This document shows, piece after piece, positions 27,969-38,096 of a DNA stretch of 64,000 bases. Position 1 is the stretch's first letter; every line of letters begins with the position of its first letter. The notes under the pieces are model-generated. The model worked only from the letters and a program-made list of their open reading frames with translations, searched no databases and was not told the DNA's origin. Source of the DNA: Gammaproteobacteria bacterium (GTDB lineage Bacteria; Pseudomonadota; Gammaproteobacteria; JAPPPA01); assembly GCA_030425645.1 (NCBI GenBank), contig JAUHZK010000004.1, positions 61,100 to 125,099 of the forward strand, written 5' to 3'. Both the position numbers and the translations under genes were made by a program.

Positions 27969-28757
27969 ATGAATCACTCGCCACTGCCGAATTTTATTGC
28001 GGCGCCGCTGTATAGCTTTGCTAAAAGGATTATTAAGCTATATGAGGGTTATAGCTATACGTTTAGGAAAAATGGAGAAGGTCGTCTCGTTGAACAGGTC
28101 AAAAATTTAGGGTTTAGGACGGTGTTTGACGTCGGTGCCAATGTCGGTGAGTGGGCGTTACTGATGGCTAAAAACATCCCCGCGGCTGAAATTCACGCAT
28201 TTGAGTTGTCGAGCGAGACCTACAAAACGCTAGTGGCCGAGTGCTCAGGACAGTCTGATATCTATTGCAATAACGTAGGTCTCAGTAACGAGTCTGGAGA
28301 GATTGAGTTTAAAGATTATGGAGCCAATTCAGGCGTCTCTACATTGGTCACTCAGTCAACAATTCATGATAAATCTGATTACGTACTCAGTAAGGCCTCT
28401 GTGCTGACGGGGCAGGAATATTGTGCGAGTAAAGCCATCCGTGAAATCGATTTTTTAAAAATTGACGTTGAAGGAGCTGAACACTTGGTTCTTAAAGGCT
28501 TCGAGGCAATGCTCCGAGAAAAGAAAATTCGCTTAATTCAGTTTGAGTATGGCTTTAACAATGGCGACCTGCATTTTCTGATGCGTGATTTTTATCAGTT
28601 ATTTGAAAGTTATGGTTATAGCGTGGGTCCTTTGAAGCCGAAAGGTGTAGATTTTTCTGGCTGGACTTATGACCGAAATTTGTTTGCGTCTGGGCCAAAT
28701 TACGTGGCGGTTCGAGCAGACGATGACGAGTTAATCAGTCTGCTGTCTGTGCGCTAG
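27969..28757 (+). CDS. FkbM family methyltransferase
   Basis: VFDVGANVGEW SAM motif and IDFLKIDVEGAE motif. AT-richer than its flanks. Confidence 0.8.
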   Translation: MNHSPLPNFIAAPLYSFAKRIIKLYEGYSYTFRKNGEGRLVEQVKNLGFRTVFDVGANVGEWALLMAKNIPAAEIHAFELSSETYKTLVAECSGQSDIYCNNVGLSNESGEIEFKDYGANSGVSTLVTQSTIHDKSDYVLSKASVLTGQEYCASKAIREIDFLKIDVEGAEHLVLKGFEAMLREKKIRLIQFEYGFNNGDLHFLMRDFYQLFESYGYSVGPLKPKGVDFSGWTYDRNLFASGPNYVAVRADDDELISLLSVR

Positions 28758-28926
28758 TCCGCTAACTGATTTTAGTGCTGGCTTAGTGAGGCCCCTTTGG
28801 TGGGGCTCCGTTACGGGCAGCGTCTACTGACTTCAGAGCCGCGGCGCTTCTGTTATACAGTTGCGCTTGGTAGGTGTTTACAATGACGCAACGCAACATT
28901 TTGCTTTTTAGCTCATAATAGTCGGT

Positions 28927-29808
28927 ATGCAGTATTTACTTGGGATCTTCAATTTAACGATGTTGGTGGCGATTACGCTGCTACATGGCGTGCCTGCCTG
29001 CGTGGTTGGTGTGGTGAAGTTGCTGACTCCAGTGCCCAAGTGGCAGCACGTATTAGGTCAAGCAATTGCGCGGCTGTGCCAGAACTGGCAAGTCAGTTGC
29101 GGCTGGTGGTTGGGTACATTTGCTGGGGTTAAATACCATCTAAATGTGGCGGCCGACTTTGATGTGCGTGGCAAATATATCGCCATGCCTAATCATCAGA
29201 GCTGGGTTGATATTCTGATGTTTGGCCCTGCCTTTAATTACAGCGCGCCGCCGACCAAGTTCTTTATTAAGCAGGAACTACTGTGGGTGCCAGTAATTGG
29301 CTTTGCTTGCTGGGCCGGCGATATGCCGTTTATGAAGCGCTACAGTAAGGAAAAGCTGGCTAAGCATCCCGAGCTTAAAGGTCAGGACATCGAAACCACG
29401 CGTAAGTCTTGCGCTAAATTTCGCGACCATCCGGCGATGGTAGTGAACTTCTGTGAAGGCACCCGTTTTCGGGCTGAAAAACATAGTCAGCAACAGTCTG
29501 AATATGCCAATCTGCTGAAGCCAAAAGCCGGTGGCATTGCTTACGCTATTCAAGCGCTAGAAGACCAGCTAGACGGCTTTGTAGATATGGATATTATCTA
29601 CGGGCCAGAGTCTGCTGAGCTATGGGAAGTTTGCTGCGGGCAAGTAAATGATGTTTACATCAATGCTCGAGTGATTCCGATGCAGGAGTGGTTTAAAGGC
29701 AAGTCGTACGGCGATGACCCTGAATACCGACAGCGTTTCCAGGCGTGGTTAAGCGACGTGTGGCAGGCCAAGGATCAAGCCATTAGTGCGCTTAAAACGG
29801 AGATTTAG
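28927..29808 (+). CDS. Lysophospholipid acyltransferase family protein (YihG-like)
   Basis: N-terminal TM helix, NHQSWVDI (HX4D) and CEGTRF motifs. Confidence 0.75.
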   Translation: MQYLLGIFNLTMLVAITLLHGVPACVVGVVKLLTPVPKWQHVLGQAIARLCQNWQVSCGWWLGTFAGVKYHLNVAADFDVRGKYIAMPNHQSWVDILMFGPAFNYSAPPTKFFIKQELLWVPVIGFACWAGDMPFMKRYSKEKLAKHPELKGQDIETTRKSCAKFRDHPAMVVNFCEGTRFRAEKHSQQQSEYANLLKPKAGGIAYAIQALEDQLDGFVDMDIIYGPESAELWEVCCGQVNDVYINARVIPMQEWFKGKSYGDDPEYRQRFQAWLSDVWQAKDQAISALKTEI

Positions 29809-29826
29809 TTAGCAGCGAGGTCGCGG

Positions 29827-30747
29827 ATGATGCAGGATCGAAGCCCCAAAATTAGCTTAAATGCCAGTGGCCCACTGGTCGGCGCGTTGTTAATGACGCT
29901 GCTGATTCTGAACACCGTGTTCTGGTGTATTCCGTTTTACCTCATTGTTTTGTTAAAGCTGCTGACCCCCGTGCAATCTGCCCGCCGTTGGTGGACACGC
30001 CGTTTAGCTTGGGTGGCGCAGACTTGGTTCAACGGCAATTTGGTTTATGCCGACTTTTTCTTAGGTACCAGCTGGAAAATTGAGCTGCCGGAAGGGCTAA
30101 GCAAAGATAAAACATACCTGCTAACCAGCAACCACCAAAGCTGGGTAGATATCTTGGCCTTGGAAAAAGCCTTAGGAAATGAGATTCCTTTTTTCCGCTT
30201 TTTCCTCAAACAAGAACTGATCTATGTGCCTTTATTAGGGCTTTGCTGGTGGGCCTTGGAATACCCATTTATGAAGCGACATAGCAAGGAAGAGATTGCT
30301 AAAGACCCGTCGCTAAAGGGTAAGGACATTGAAACCACGCGTGTGGCCTGCGAGCGTTATCGGGGCCATCCGGTGACGGTGATGAACTTTATGGAAGGCA
30401 CCCGCTATACCGCTAAAAAAGCCGCCAAGTCGTCTTACCAATATTTGATTAACCCCAAAGCCGGCGGTGTGGCGTTTGTGCTGAACGCTATGGGCGAACA
30501 AATTTATAGCCTGCTGAATGTCACCATTATTTACCCGCAGGGCGTGCGAGAGCTCTGGGATTACCTCTGTGGGCGTTTGCCGGAAATTCGCGTGTTGGTA
30601 AAAGAAGTCAAAATTCCAACGGAATTTGTTGGCGGCAATTACCAACAAGATCCGGTTTACAAAGCCAACTTCCAAGCCTGGGTAACCGCGCTTTGGCAGG
30701 AAAAAGATCAGCAGATAGCCGAGCAGCTCAGAGAGGCTCAGTCCTAG
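29827..30747 (+). CDS. Lysophospholipid acyltransferase family protein (YihG-like, tandem paralogue)
   Basis: NHQSWVDI and MEGTRY motifs. Collinear with the upstream paralogue. Confidence 0.75.
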   Translation: MMQDRSPKISLNASGPLVGALLMTLLILNTVFWCIPFYLIVLLKLLTPVQSARRWWTRRLAWVAQTWFNGNLVYADFFLGTSWKIELPEGLSKDKTYLLTSNHQSWVDILALEKALGNEIPFFRFFLKQELIYVPLLGLCWWALEYPFMKRHSKEEIAKDPSLKGKDIETTRVACERYRGHPVTVMNFMEGTRYTAKKAAKSSYQYLINPKAGGVAFVLNAMGEQIYSLLNVTIIYPQGVRELWDYLCGRLPEIRVLVKEVKIPTEFVGGNYQQDPVYKANFQAWVTALWQEKDQQIAEQLREAQS

Positions 30748-31064
30748 TGAGTAATCGTGCCCAGCGAATTGAGGCGGCGGTTTCAGCCGCGCTAGCGCCG
30801 AGCCTTATTCAGCTCGAAGACGAATCGCACAAACACTCGGTGCCAGACGGTGCTGAGTCGCACTTTAAGCTGGTTTGTGTCAGTGAGGCATTTTCGGGCT
30901 TAATGCCGGTGCGTCGTCATCAAAAAGTGTATGGCGAGCTGCAAGCGGAATTAGATAGTGGCCTGCACGCTTTGGCGTTACACCTATACACGCCAGACGA
31001 GTGGGCTAAACAGCAGCAGGCCCCGGCTTCGCCAGACTGTCAGGGCGGCAGCAAAGCTGGCTAG
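30747..31064 (+). CDS. bolA: BolA family protein
   Basis: Trimmed to the GTG that overlaps the upstream TAG by 1 nt. LEDESHKHSVP...SHFKLVCVS..F...RHQ...HALALHLYTPDEW matches BolA. Confidence 0.8.
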   Translation: MSNRAQRIEAAVSAALAPSLIQLEDESHKHSVPDGAESHFKLVCVSEAFSGLMPVRRHQKVYGELQAELDSGLHALALHLYTPDEWAKQQQAPASPDCQGGSKAG

Positions 31065-31104
31065 CTCCGGTCAGCTGTTTACCAGCGACAGCTATCTCGG
31101 TCCG

Positions 31105-32085
31105 ATGGCCGAGCATGGCTGTGTCTCAGCTGAGAAAGGTTGGCAAGCCGTGGCAGAGGCCCGCGGCCTGTATTTGAAGAATCATAGTTGGGGCGAATTT
31201 GTCTTTGATTTCGCCTGGGCCAATGCCTATGCGCAACAGGGGCTCAACTACTACCCCAAGCTTGTAAGTTGCGTACCATTTACTCCGGTGGCTGGCCCAC
31301 GCTTGCTGCTTGCGCCAGAGCAACTGCAAGAGATTGCCCAGCAGCATGACTGTAGTTCGGCCCATGCCTTATTCTGCATGCCATCAGAGGCGGAGGAGTT
31401 AGCACAGGCAAACTGGTTGCGACGCGAAGACCTGCGGTTTGTTTGGCGCAACCAAGGCTATCGGGATTTCGCGGATTTCCTCGCGGCTTTGTCGCAGAAG
31501 AAGGCTAAAAACATCCGCCGTGAGCGCCGCCGCGTAGCCGAAGCTCATGTGGAGATTGAATGGCTGGCGGCCGATCAGTTGCCAGCATCTGATTGGCCCA
31601 AGTTATTCCAGCTATACGCCAGCACTTATGCCATGCGCGGCCAAGAGCCATATCTCAATATGCCTTGCCTAAAAGCTTGGGCGAGCAATTTTGGTGAACG
31701 TTTACAGTTTTGCTTGGCACGCCACGCCGACGAGTTGATTGCCATGGCGTTTTTCTTCATTGATGGCGACACGCTGTATGGACGCCACTGGGGCGCTGCA
31801 GCGGATTTCCATAGTCTGCATTTTGAGCTGTGTTATTACCAAGGCATCGAATATGCCATTGCTCAGCGCCTGTCATGTTTTGACGCGGGTGTGCAGGGTG
31901 GTCATAAGTTGGCCCGCGGTTTTGACCCAGAAATCAGCGTCTCTATGCATTGGATAGCCGATCCGCGTTTCCGTGCTGCCATCGCTCGCTGGCTGGCTCA
32001 TGAACGCGATGCGGTTGGCGAGCAATGCACCGCGATTGACGAGCACTCGGCTTACAAAGCCAGTCGGCGCGCGCTTGCTTTATAA
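31105..32085 (+). CDS. DUF482 / FemAB-like GNAT family protein
   Basis: GW...LKNHSWGEFVFDFAWANAY...YYPKL...PFTPV pattern. The start is ambiguous: similarity seems to extend upstream of ATG 31105, and the alternative ATG at 30958 overlaps bolA by 107 nt. Confidence 0.65.
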   Translation: MAEHGCVSAEKGWQAVAEARGLYLKNHSWGEFVFDFAWANAYAQQGLNYYPKLVSCVPFTPVAGPRLLLAPEQLQEIAQQHDCSSAHALFCMPSEAEELAQANWLRREDLRFVWRNQGYRDFADFLAALSQKKAKNIRRERRRVAEAHVEIEWLAADQLPASDWPKLFQLYASTYAMRGQEPYLNMPCLKAWASNFGERLQFCLARHADELIAMAFFFIDGDTLYGRHWGAAADFHSLHFELCYYQGIEYAIAQRLSCFDAGVQGGHKLARGFDPEISVSMHWIADPRFRAAIARWLAHERDAVGEQCTAIDEHSAYKASRRALAL

Positions 32086-32148
32086 TGTCGCGCTAGGATT
32101 TTTCCCGATTAACTTTGTTGGCCGTTTACGTCGGCCGGGACAGAGCAA

Positions 32149-33141
32149 ATGACAACCTCACATATTCAGGGTGACCACCACATTGTGGTTGCCGCACTCT
32201 ACAAATTTGTGCGCTTAGAAAACTTTGCCGAGTTGCAGGCGCCCTTACTCGCGGTCTGTAATGCGCATGACGTCAAGGGTACGTTACTGCTCGCTGAAGA
32301 AGGCATTAATGGCACCGTTGCTGGCAGTCGAGAAGGCATTGACGCGATGCTGCAGTGGCTTAAGAGTGATGCGCGGCTTGCTGACGTAGAGCACAAAGAA
32401 AGCTACACCAGCGAGCTGCCGTTCTTGCGCATGAAGGTGAAGCTAAAGAAAGAAATTGTCACCATTGGTATTCCAGAGGTAAGCCCAACCAAAACCGTTG
32501 GCACCTATGTGCGCGGCAAAGACTGGGACGCGCTGTTAGATGACCCAGATGTGGTGGTGATTGATACCCGCAATGAGTATGAATATGCCGTCGGCTCTTT
32601 CGAAAATGCGGTGAACCCGCATACCGAAACCTTTCGTGAATTTCCGGATTACGTGCGTCAAAACCTAGACCCGAAAAAGAATAAAAAGGTCGCGATGTTC
32701 TGCACCGGCGGCATTCGTTGCGAGAAGGCCAGTAGCTTTATGCTCGAGGAAGGCTTTGAAGAAGTCTTTCACCTAGAGGGCGGTATTCTTAAATACCTAG
32801 AAGAGGTGCCGCCAGAAGAGCAAAAATGGCAAGGCGAATGTTTTGTGTTTGACGAGCGAGTGACGGTTGATAATCAGCTCAATCAAGGCAAATACGACAT
32901 GTGCCACGCCTGCCGTATGCCGATCACCAAAGCCGACCAGCAGCGCCCAGAGTTTGAAGCGGGCGTGTCTTGTCATCATTGCATCGACCAACGAACTGAG
33001 GCTCAGAAAGCCGCTGCCCGTGAGCGCGAAAAACAAGTGCGTTTGGCGGCAGCCCGAGGTGAGCAACATATTGGTTCCGCACAGGGCGCTGGCAGCAAAG
33101 GCGGCAGCGGGCCTAAGCCCAAGGCCCTAGTCAGTAATTGA
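32149..33141 (+). CDS. trhO: Rhodanese-domain tRNA uridine(34) hydroxylase TrhO (YceA/UPF0176)
   Basis: VAALYKFV...GINGT..G, rhodanese [11 protein letters not shown] loop, C-terminal Cys cluster. Confidence 0.9.
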   Translation: MTTSHIQGDHHIVVAALYKFVRLENFAELQAPLLAVCNAHDVKGTLLLAEEGINGTVAGSREGIDAMLQWLKSDARLADVEHKESYTSELPFLRMKVKLKKEIVTIGIPEVSPTKTVGTYVRGKDWDALLDDPDVVVIDTRNEYEYAVGSFENAVNPHTETFREFPDYVRQNLDPKKNKKVAMFCTGGIRCEKASSFMLEEGFEEVFHLEGGILKYLEEVPPEEQKWQGECFVFDERVTVDNQLNQGKYDMCHACRMPITKADQQRPEFEAGVSCHHCIDQRTEAQKAAAREREKQVRLAAARGEQHIGSAQGAGSKGGSGPKPKALVSN

Positions 33142-34296
33142 GACTAAGCGATTGCGGCCGCCGCTCTTAGCTTTATAGAGTGCATCGTCAGCCGTTTTTA
33201 GCATTTGTTCGCCGTCTAACGGTGCATAGCTCCAGGCAAGTCCAGCACTAACCTCAACTTCAGTTTCGATGCTGAGATTGCGCTGTGCCGCCGTGCTAAC
33301 GGCGTCTCGCATTTGCTGTACGGCGGCGACGGCGTCGTTGTTCGAATGGCCGGTCCAAACTGCTACAAATTCATCGCCGCCATAACGTGCCAACAATGCC
33401 GGCCGAATTTCGCTGCCGCTGGCAAGGCCTTCCGCGACCGCTTGAATTACGCGGTCGCCAAACTGATGGCCGTGCTGGTCGTTATGTTTCTTAAAGTGAT
33501 CAACATCAAACATCGCTACCGCTACGCTGTGTCCGTGCAAATTGCAGTCTTTGACGAGTTGACGGTATGAGATATCAAAGTAGCGGCGATTATTAAGGCT
33601 GGTCAGGCCGTCACGCTCGGCCACTTCATTAAGCAGTTGGGCGCGTAGGAAGCCCCCGCGCACGGTGTACTCCAAACCCCAAGCGGCGGCGGCACCAACG
33701 GCTAGCGCCGAGACCAAAAACAGCGAGTGTTGCCCCAGCATAATGGCGTCGTACTCAAGCCAAATGGCACCGATGGTGTAAATGCTGATGACCAAACCGG
33801 CCGATATCATCGCCTCCCGCGTGAGCAGTCCGCAGAAGAAAAAGATGTACATCATCACTAGCATCAGGCCTTCGTAGGCGAGTTCAAAGCCCATGCTGTA
33901 AGCCAGCAAGACAATGGCAACAATGGAGAGGCCGCCAATAATGGAAAACAGCATGGCCAGTGGGAATAGCCAGCGCTTGTAACGATTGCTACGCGCCAAG
34001 GCTAAGCCGCAAATAACCAAGGGCGCAAAAATAATGGCGCGCACTTTCTGTGCTGCCGCGAGCACCTCTGGCGGCATAATTAGGAAGTCGTAGACGCTGA
34101 AAATGCCGGTCAGAATCAAGGCCAGCAATAAGGCAATGCGCACTTTGCGCATCGACATGCTGCGCCAAGTGTTACGAAACTCGATTTCTAGCTGCTGATC
34201 GTCAAAACCAAAGCCGCTATAGCCGTTTAATATTTGTTGCGCGTAACGCGATCGCGAGCCACTAATGACGTCGCTTAGACTAGGCGTGCTATCCAA
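33127..34296 (-). CDS. Membrane-bound diguanylate cyclase (GGDEF)
   Basis: Five to six N-terminal TM helices and a C-terminal GGDEF domain (RYGGDEF). TTG start. Confidence 0.85.
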   Translation of the reverse strand: MDSTPSLSDVISGSRSRYAQQILNGYSGFGFDDQQLEIEFRNTWRSMSMRKVRIALLLALILTGIFSVYDFLIMPPEVLAAAQKVRAIIFAPLVICGLALARSNRYKRWLFPLAMLFSIIGGLSIVAIVLLAYSMGFELAYEGLMLVMMYIFFFCGLLTREAMISAGLVISIYTIGAIWLEYDAIMLGQHSLFLVSALAVGAAAAWGLEYTVRGGFLRAQLLNEVAERDGLTSLNNRRYFDISYRQLVKDCNLHGHSVAVAMFDVDHFKKHNDQHGHQFGDRVIQAVAEGLASGSEIRPALLARYGGDEFVAVWTGHSNNDAVAAVQQMRDAVSTAAQRNLSIETEVEVSAGLAWSYAPLDGEQMLKTADDALYKAKSGGRNRLVSITD

Positions 34297-34369
34297 TGTT
34301 TTTCCCCAACGAACAGAACGTTAGTTTAACAAATGGCTGGCCGCCTCACGACATATCGAATTGATACCG

Positions 34370-34600
34370 CTAGTAATGAGGCGGGGGAGTCTCGTCGCGC
34401 TCGTCGCCAACCGCAGAAACGCCGGTGTCGCGCAACCAGTCAACCAGATCAAGTAGGCTTTTTTCTAACTTGGTGATTCGGTGCTCGTGGTCAGAAATGG
34501 TTTTCAGGGCTTGGTCTAGTTCGTCGCTGAGCAGGGCGTAACGCGTTTCCAATTCCGTTTGATCAACCGCCGGGTTTGAACTTTCCATAAGCGCCTCCAT
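34370..34600 (-). CDS. slyX: SlyX family protein
   Basis: Coiled-coil protein ending in ETPPPHY, as E. coli SlyX does. Confidence 0.85.
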   Translation of the reverse strand: MEALMESSNPAVDQTELETRYALLSDELDQALKTISDHEHRITKLEKSLLDLVDWLRDTGVSAVGDERDETPPPHY

Positions 34601-34646
34601 CTATGGGCATGGCAGAATAGTTAGATTACAAATAACAGATAGAACA

Positions 34647-35624
34647 ATGTCTACCGAACACGACAAGCAACTTGCAAGTGCATTTTCAGCCTTACAGTCT
34701 CACTTGAATAAACGCATTATCGGTCAAACCGCTTTGGTAGATCGACTTTTAATTGCCTTACTTGCCGACGGTCACTTGCTAGTGGAAGGCGCTCCTGGCT
34801 TGGCCAAGACCACCGCTATCAAGGCGCTGGCTGAGGGCGTAGAGGGCGATTTTCACCGCGTTCAATTTACGCCGGATCTGCTGCCTTCAGATCTGATTGG
34901 TACCGACATCTTCCATCAAGAAACCAGTCAGTTTGAGTTTCAGCAGGGGCCGTTGTTCCACAATCTGGTGCTGGCGGACGAGATCAACCGCGCGCCGGCC
35001 AAGGTTCAGTCAGCGTTGCTAGAGGCCATGGCCGAGCGCCAAATCACGGTAGGGCAAACCACTTACCCATTGCCAGAACTGTTTTTAGTAATGGCGACGC
35101 AAAATCCAATTGAACAAGAAGGCACTTATCCGCTGCCAGAAGCGCAGCTCGACCGTTTCTTGCTCTATGTGGATATCGACTTTCCGGATGTAAATGCTGA
35201 GCGAGAAATCCTCAAGCTTGCCCGTGGCGAGGCTCAACAAGGCCACGCAGCGCCGGCACAAAAAATTACTCAGCAACAAATCCTTGCGGCACGACAGCAG
35301 GTGTTGGCCTTGCATATGAGTGACGAGATCGATGAATACCTAGTACAGCTAGTGATGGCAACGCGTCGGCCGCAAAGCTATAGCGCCGATTTGGGGCGTT
35401 GGATTAGTAGCGGCGCCAGCCCTCGCGCCACCATCGCCTTGGATCGCTGCGCCCGTGCGCACGCTTGGTTGGCTGGCCGTGACTATGTCTCGCCGTCTGA
35501 TGTGCAGCTGGTTGCTAAAGACGTATTGCGGCACCGTCTGTTGCTGAGCTTTGAGGCCGAGGCCGAGGGCGTCACCGGGCCAGCTTGTGTTGAGGCCTTG
35601 TTGCAAGCAGTGCCTGCGCCATAA
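34647..35624 (+). CDS. MoxR-family AAA+ ATPase
   Basis: GAPGLAKT Walker A, LADEINRAPAK Walker B, ATQNP sensor. Confidence 0.92.
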   Translation: MSTEHDKQLASAFSALQSHLNKRIIGQTALVDRLLIALLADGHLLVEGAPGLAKTTAIKALAEGVEGDFHRVQFTPDLLPSDLIGTDIFHQETSQFEFQQGPLFHNLVLADEINRAPAKVQSALLEAMAERQITVGQTTYPLPELFLVMATQNPIEQEGTYPLPEAQLDRFLLYVDIDFPDVNAEREILKLARGEAQQGHAAPAQKITQQQILAARQQVLALHMSDEIDEYLVQLVMATRRPQSYSADLGRWISSGASPRATIALDRCARAHAWLAGRDYVSPSDVQLVAKDVLRHRLLLSFEAEAEGVTGPACVEALLQAVPAP

Positions 35625-35629
35625 CGTTG

Positions 35630-36568
35630 ATGGCCACGCGGGCACCTCATCAAGTCACTCTAGATGCGCTGTTAGCCTTGCAGGCTGATGCGCGTGGCGT
35701 CGATTTGTCGAGCCGCAAACGAGTCCTAACGGATATTGCTGGTACGCATTTGTCCGGCTTTCGTGGCCGTGGCATGGAGTTTGAAGAGCATCGCATCTAT
35801 GAGCCGGGCGACGACGTGCGTGCGATTGATTGGCGCGTTACCGCGCGCACTGGCCAACCGCACATTAAGCGTTTCCGCGAGGAGCGCGAGCGCCCGGTGT
35901 ATTTGGTAACCGATCTCGCACCGTCAATGTTTTTTGCCACCCGTGGGGTTTATAAGTCCGTTCTTGCTGCCGAGGCCGCGGCTGTGCTGGGTTGGGCCGC
36001 GGTTGCCAACCGTGACCGCGTTGGCGGCATGATTGCCGGCCCTGGCGGTTTGGTGGAAGTACGTCCAGCGAGTGGCCGCCGGGGCTTGCTTAGATATTGC
36101 AGTGAGCTGGTTAAGGTTCACGCCGCTGGTGTCGCGGCTAGCGAATCCACACTGCAAGATGCCTTACAGCACGTGCAGCGTTTGGCTCGCGGTGGTGCGG
36201 TTGTGATTGTCTTAAGTGACTTTCAGTCTTTGCCGGAAACAGCGACACCATTGCTACAAAAAATTGCCAGCCGTTGCGAGTTGGTGGCGGGCATGATCTC
36301 GGACCCGTTCGAGCGGGCGTTGCCCAGTAAGTCCGATTTGCCAGTGGCGTCTGCATTAGACGAAGGCCAGCGTTGGTTTCTTAAATCGAAGAAAGGTGGC
36401 GCGGTGCAATGGGCCGAACGCTTTCAGCAGCGCCGAATGTTTTGGCATAAACAGTTGTTGCCGTTTGGTGTGCACTGGTTGTCGCTGGATACCGCGATGC
36501 CGTTACGAGAACAGCTGTGGCAGGGTTTAGGTCATCGGCGTCAGCCGCTGGTGGCAGGACAATCATGA
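35630..36568 (+). CDS. DUF58 domain protein (MoxR partner)
   Basis: GMEFEEHRIYEPGDDVRAIDWRVTAR motif. Follows moxR by 5 nt. Confidence 0.85.
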   Translation: MATRAPHQVTLDALLALQADARGVDLSSRKRVLTDIAGTHLSGFRGRGMEFEEHRIYEPGDDVRAIDWRVTARTGQPHIKRFREERERPVYLVTDLAPSMFFATRGVYKSVLAAEAAAVLGWAAVANRDRVGGMIAGPGGLVEVRPASGRRGLLRYCSELVKVHAAGVAASESTLQDALQHVQRLARGGAVVIVLSDFQSLPETATPLLQKIASRCELVAGMISDPFERALPSKSDLPVASALDEGQRWFLKSKKGGAVQWAERFQQRRMFWHKQLLPFGVHWLSLDTAMPLREQLWQGLGHRRQPLVAGQS

Positions 36569-37059
36569 TGGTGCAACAGGGCGCTGGCATAGATCCGCAG
36601 CAACTGCAGCAAGCCTTAGCGCAGTTGCATGATATCGCCGAGCCGGCGGCGCCGGGCTGGTGGCCCTTGGCACCCGGCTGGTGGGCTCTATCGGCCTGTG
36701 TTGTGCTGGCCGTGCTGGGGCTTGCTGGGGCTTACTACTGGTGGCGTAAAACCGCATTGCGCCGCGCAGCGGCACAGCACTTGCGCAATCTAGAGCAGGC
36801 CAGCGCCACTACAGATGATTTGGAGTTTTTGAGCAATCTAGCTGATTTGCTGCGCCGTGCGTCACGGCAGCGCTACCCGCAGTCGGTAGCGCTTACCGGC
36901 CAAGCTTGGGCTGAGCATTTAAACCAAGTTGGGCAAACGGATTTTTTCACTTCCGAAGCGGGTAAAAAGCTTTTAGAAAGTCGTTTCTCCGGTGCCGTTT
37001 CGGTCGCGCGTGAGCCTTATATAACCGCCGTCGCTATGTGGCTGCAAAAGGCCTTGTGA
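36565..37059 (+). CDS. DUF4381 domain membrane protein
   Basis: LHDIAEPAAPGWWPLAPGWW followed by a TM helix. ATGA overlap with the DUF58 stop. Confidence 0.7.
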   Translation: MMVQQGAGIDPQQLQQALAQLHDIAEPAAPGWWPLAPGWWALSACVVLAVLGLAGAYYWWRKTALRRAAAQHLRNLEQASATTDDLEFLSNLADLLRRASRQRYPQSVALTGQAWAEHLNQVGQTDFFTSEAGKKLLESRFSGAVSVAREPYITAVAMWLQKAL

Positions 37060-38096
37060 TGGAGTCGTTGCCGATGGAAACGCTGCTGCAAGGAGACTGG
37101 GTTGAGTCCTTGCAATTTCTATGGCCGCAGCTGTTTTGGCTGTTGCCGCTGCCATTGTTAATAGGATTGCTACCGAAGGTGGCGACGGCACAACAAGCGG
37201 CGTTAAGGCTGCCACAGACCGAAGCTTTGGCACCGTGGTTGGGGCAGGCAGGTGCCGCGCGCACGCCGCTTTGGCGGCAGTTGTTGGCGTTATTGGCGTG
37301 GCTGTTTTTGGTGCTGGCTGCGGCTCGGCCGCAATGGGTTGGTGATCCTATCGAGCTGCCAACGTCGGGTCGAGACCTGATGTTGGCGGTCGACATCTCT
37401 GGCTCGATGGAAGAGCAGGATTCAGAAATTCGCGGTAAGCCTGTGACCCGTCTACAGGCCGTGCAGCTAGTGGCGAGTGATTTTATTCGCCGCCGTGAGG
37501 GCGACCGAGTTGGGCTGCTGCTGTTTGGTGAGCGCGCTTACCTGCAGGCGCCGCTGTCGTTAGATCGAGAGACGGTGGCGGCCTTGTTGATGGACGCTAG
37601 CGTTGGCCTAGCGGGTCAGAAAACGGCCATCGGTGACGCCATTGGTTTGTCGCTTAAAAAGTTACGGGACTCGGAAAAGGAGCAACAAGAGCGGGTGCTG
37701 GTTTTGCTCACCGACGGTGCTTCCAATGCCGGTTCCTTAACTCCGGCTAAGGCAACCGAGCTGGCGAAGACAGAAGGCCTACGCATTCATACCATTGCCT
37801 TTGGCAACGAGCGCGAAATTGGTTTCGGTTTTTTCAAACAAAAGCTGCGGGCCGACGTTGACGAACGTACCCTGCGTTACGTGGCTGAGCAAACGGGTGG
37901 ACAAGCGTTTCGGGCGCGAGATGCGGCTGACTTAGCGAAAATCTACGCGCTGATTGATGAGCTAGAGCCGATTGAACGTGACGTGCAGGTTTATCGCCCG
38001 ATCACGGCGCTGTTTTGGTGGCCGCTGTTAGTGGCAATTGCCACCTCTGTGCTATTGGCATTAACCGCAGCGGGGAGGCGTTGGTGGAATTCCTAG
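37059..38096 (+). CDS. batA: VWA domain protein BatA
   Basis: N-terminal TM helices, VWA MIDAS DISGSM, C-terminal TM helix. The start overlaps the upstream TGA. Confidence 0.85.
   Translation: MESLPMETLLQGDWVESLQFLWPQLFWLLPLPLLIGLLPKVATAQQAALRLPQTEALAPWLGQAGAARTPLWRQLLALLAWLFLVLAAARPQWVGDPIELPTSGRDLMLAVDISGSMEEQDSEIRGKPVTRLQAVQLVASDFIRRREGDRVGLLLFGERAYLQAPLSLDRETVAALLMDASVGLAGQKTAIGDAIGLSLKKLRDSEKEQQERVLVLLTDGASNAGSLTPAKATELAKTEGLRIHTIAFGNEREIGFGFFKQKLRADVDERTLRYVAEQTGGQAFRARDAADLAKIYALIDELEPIERDVQVYRPITALFWWPLLVAIATSVLLALTAAGRRWWNS

Noticed and set aside
30958-31104. Upstream ATG giving a 375-aa DUF482 protein
   Set aside because: It was not used as the primary call because it overlaps bolA by 107 nt. 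It is kept as an open question in the findings.
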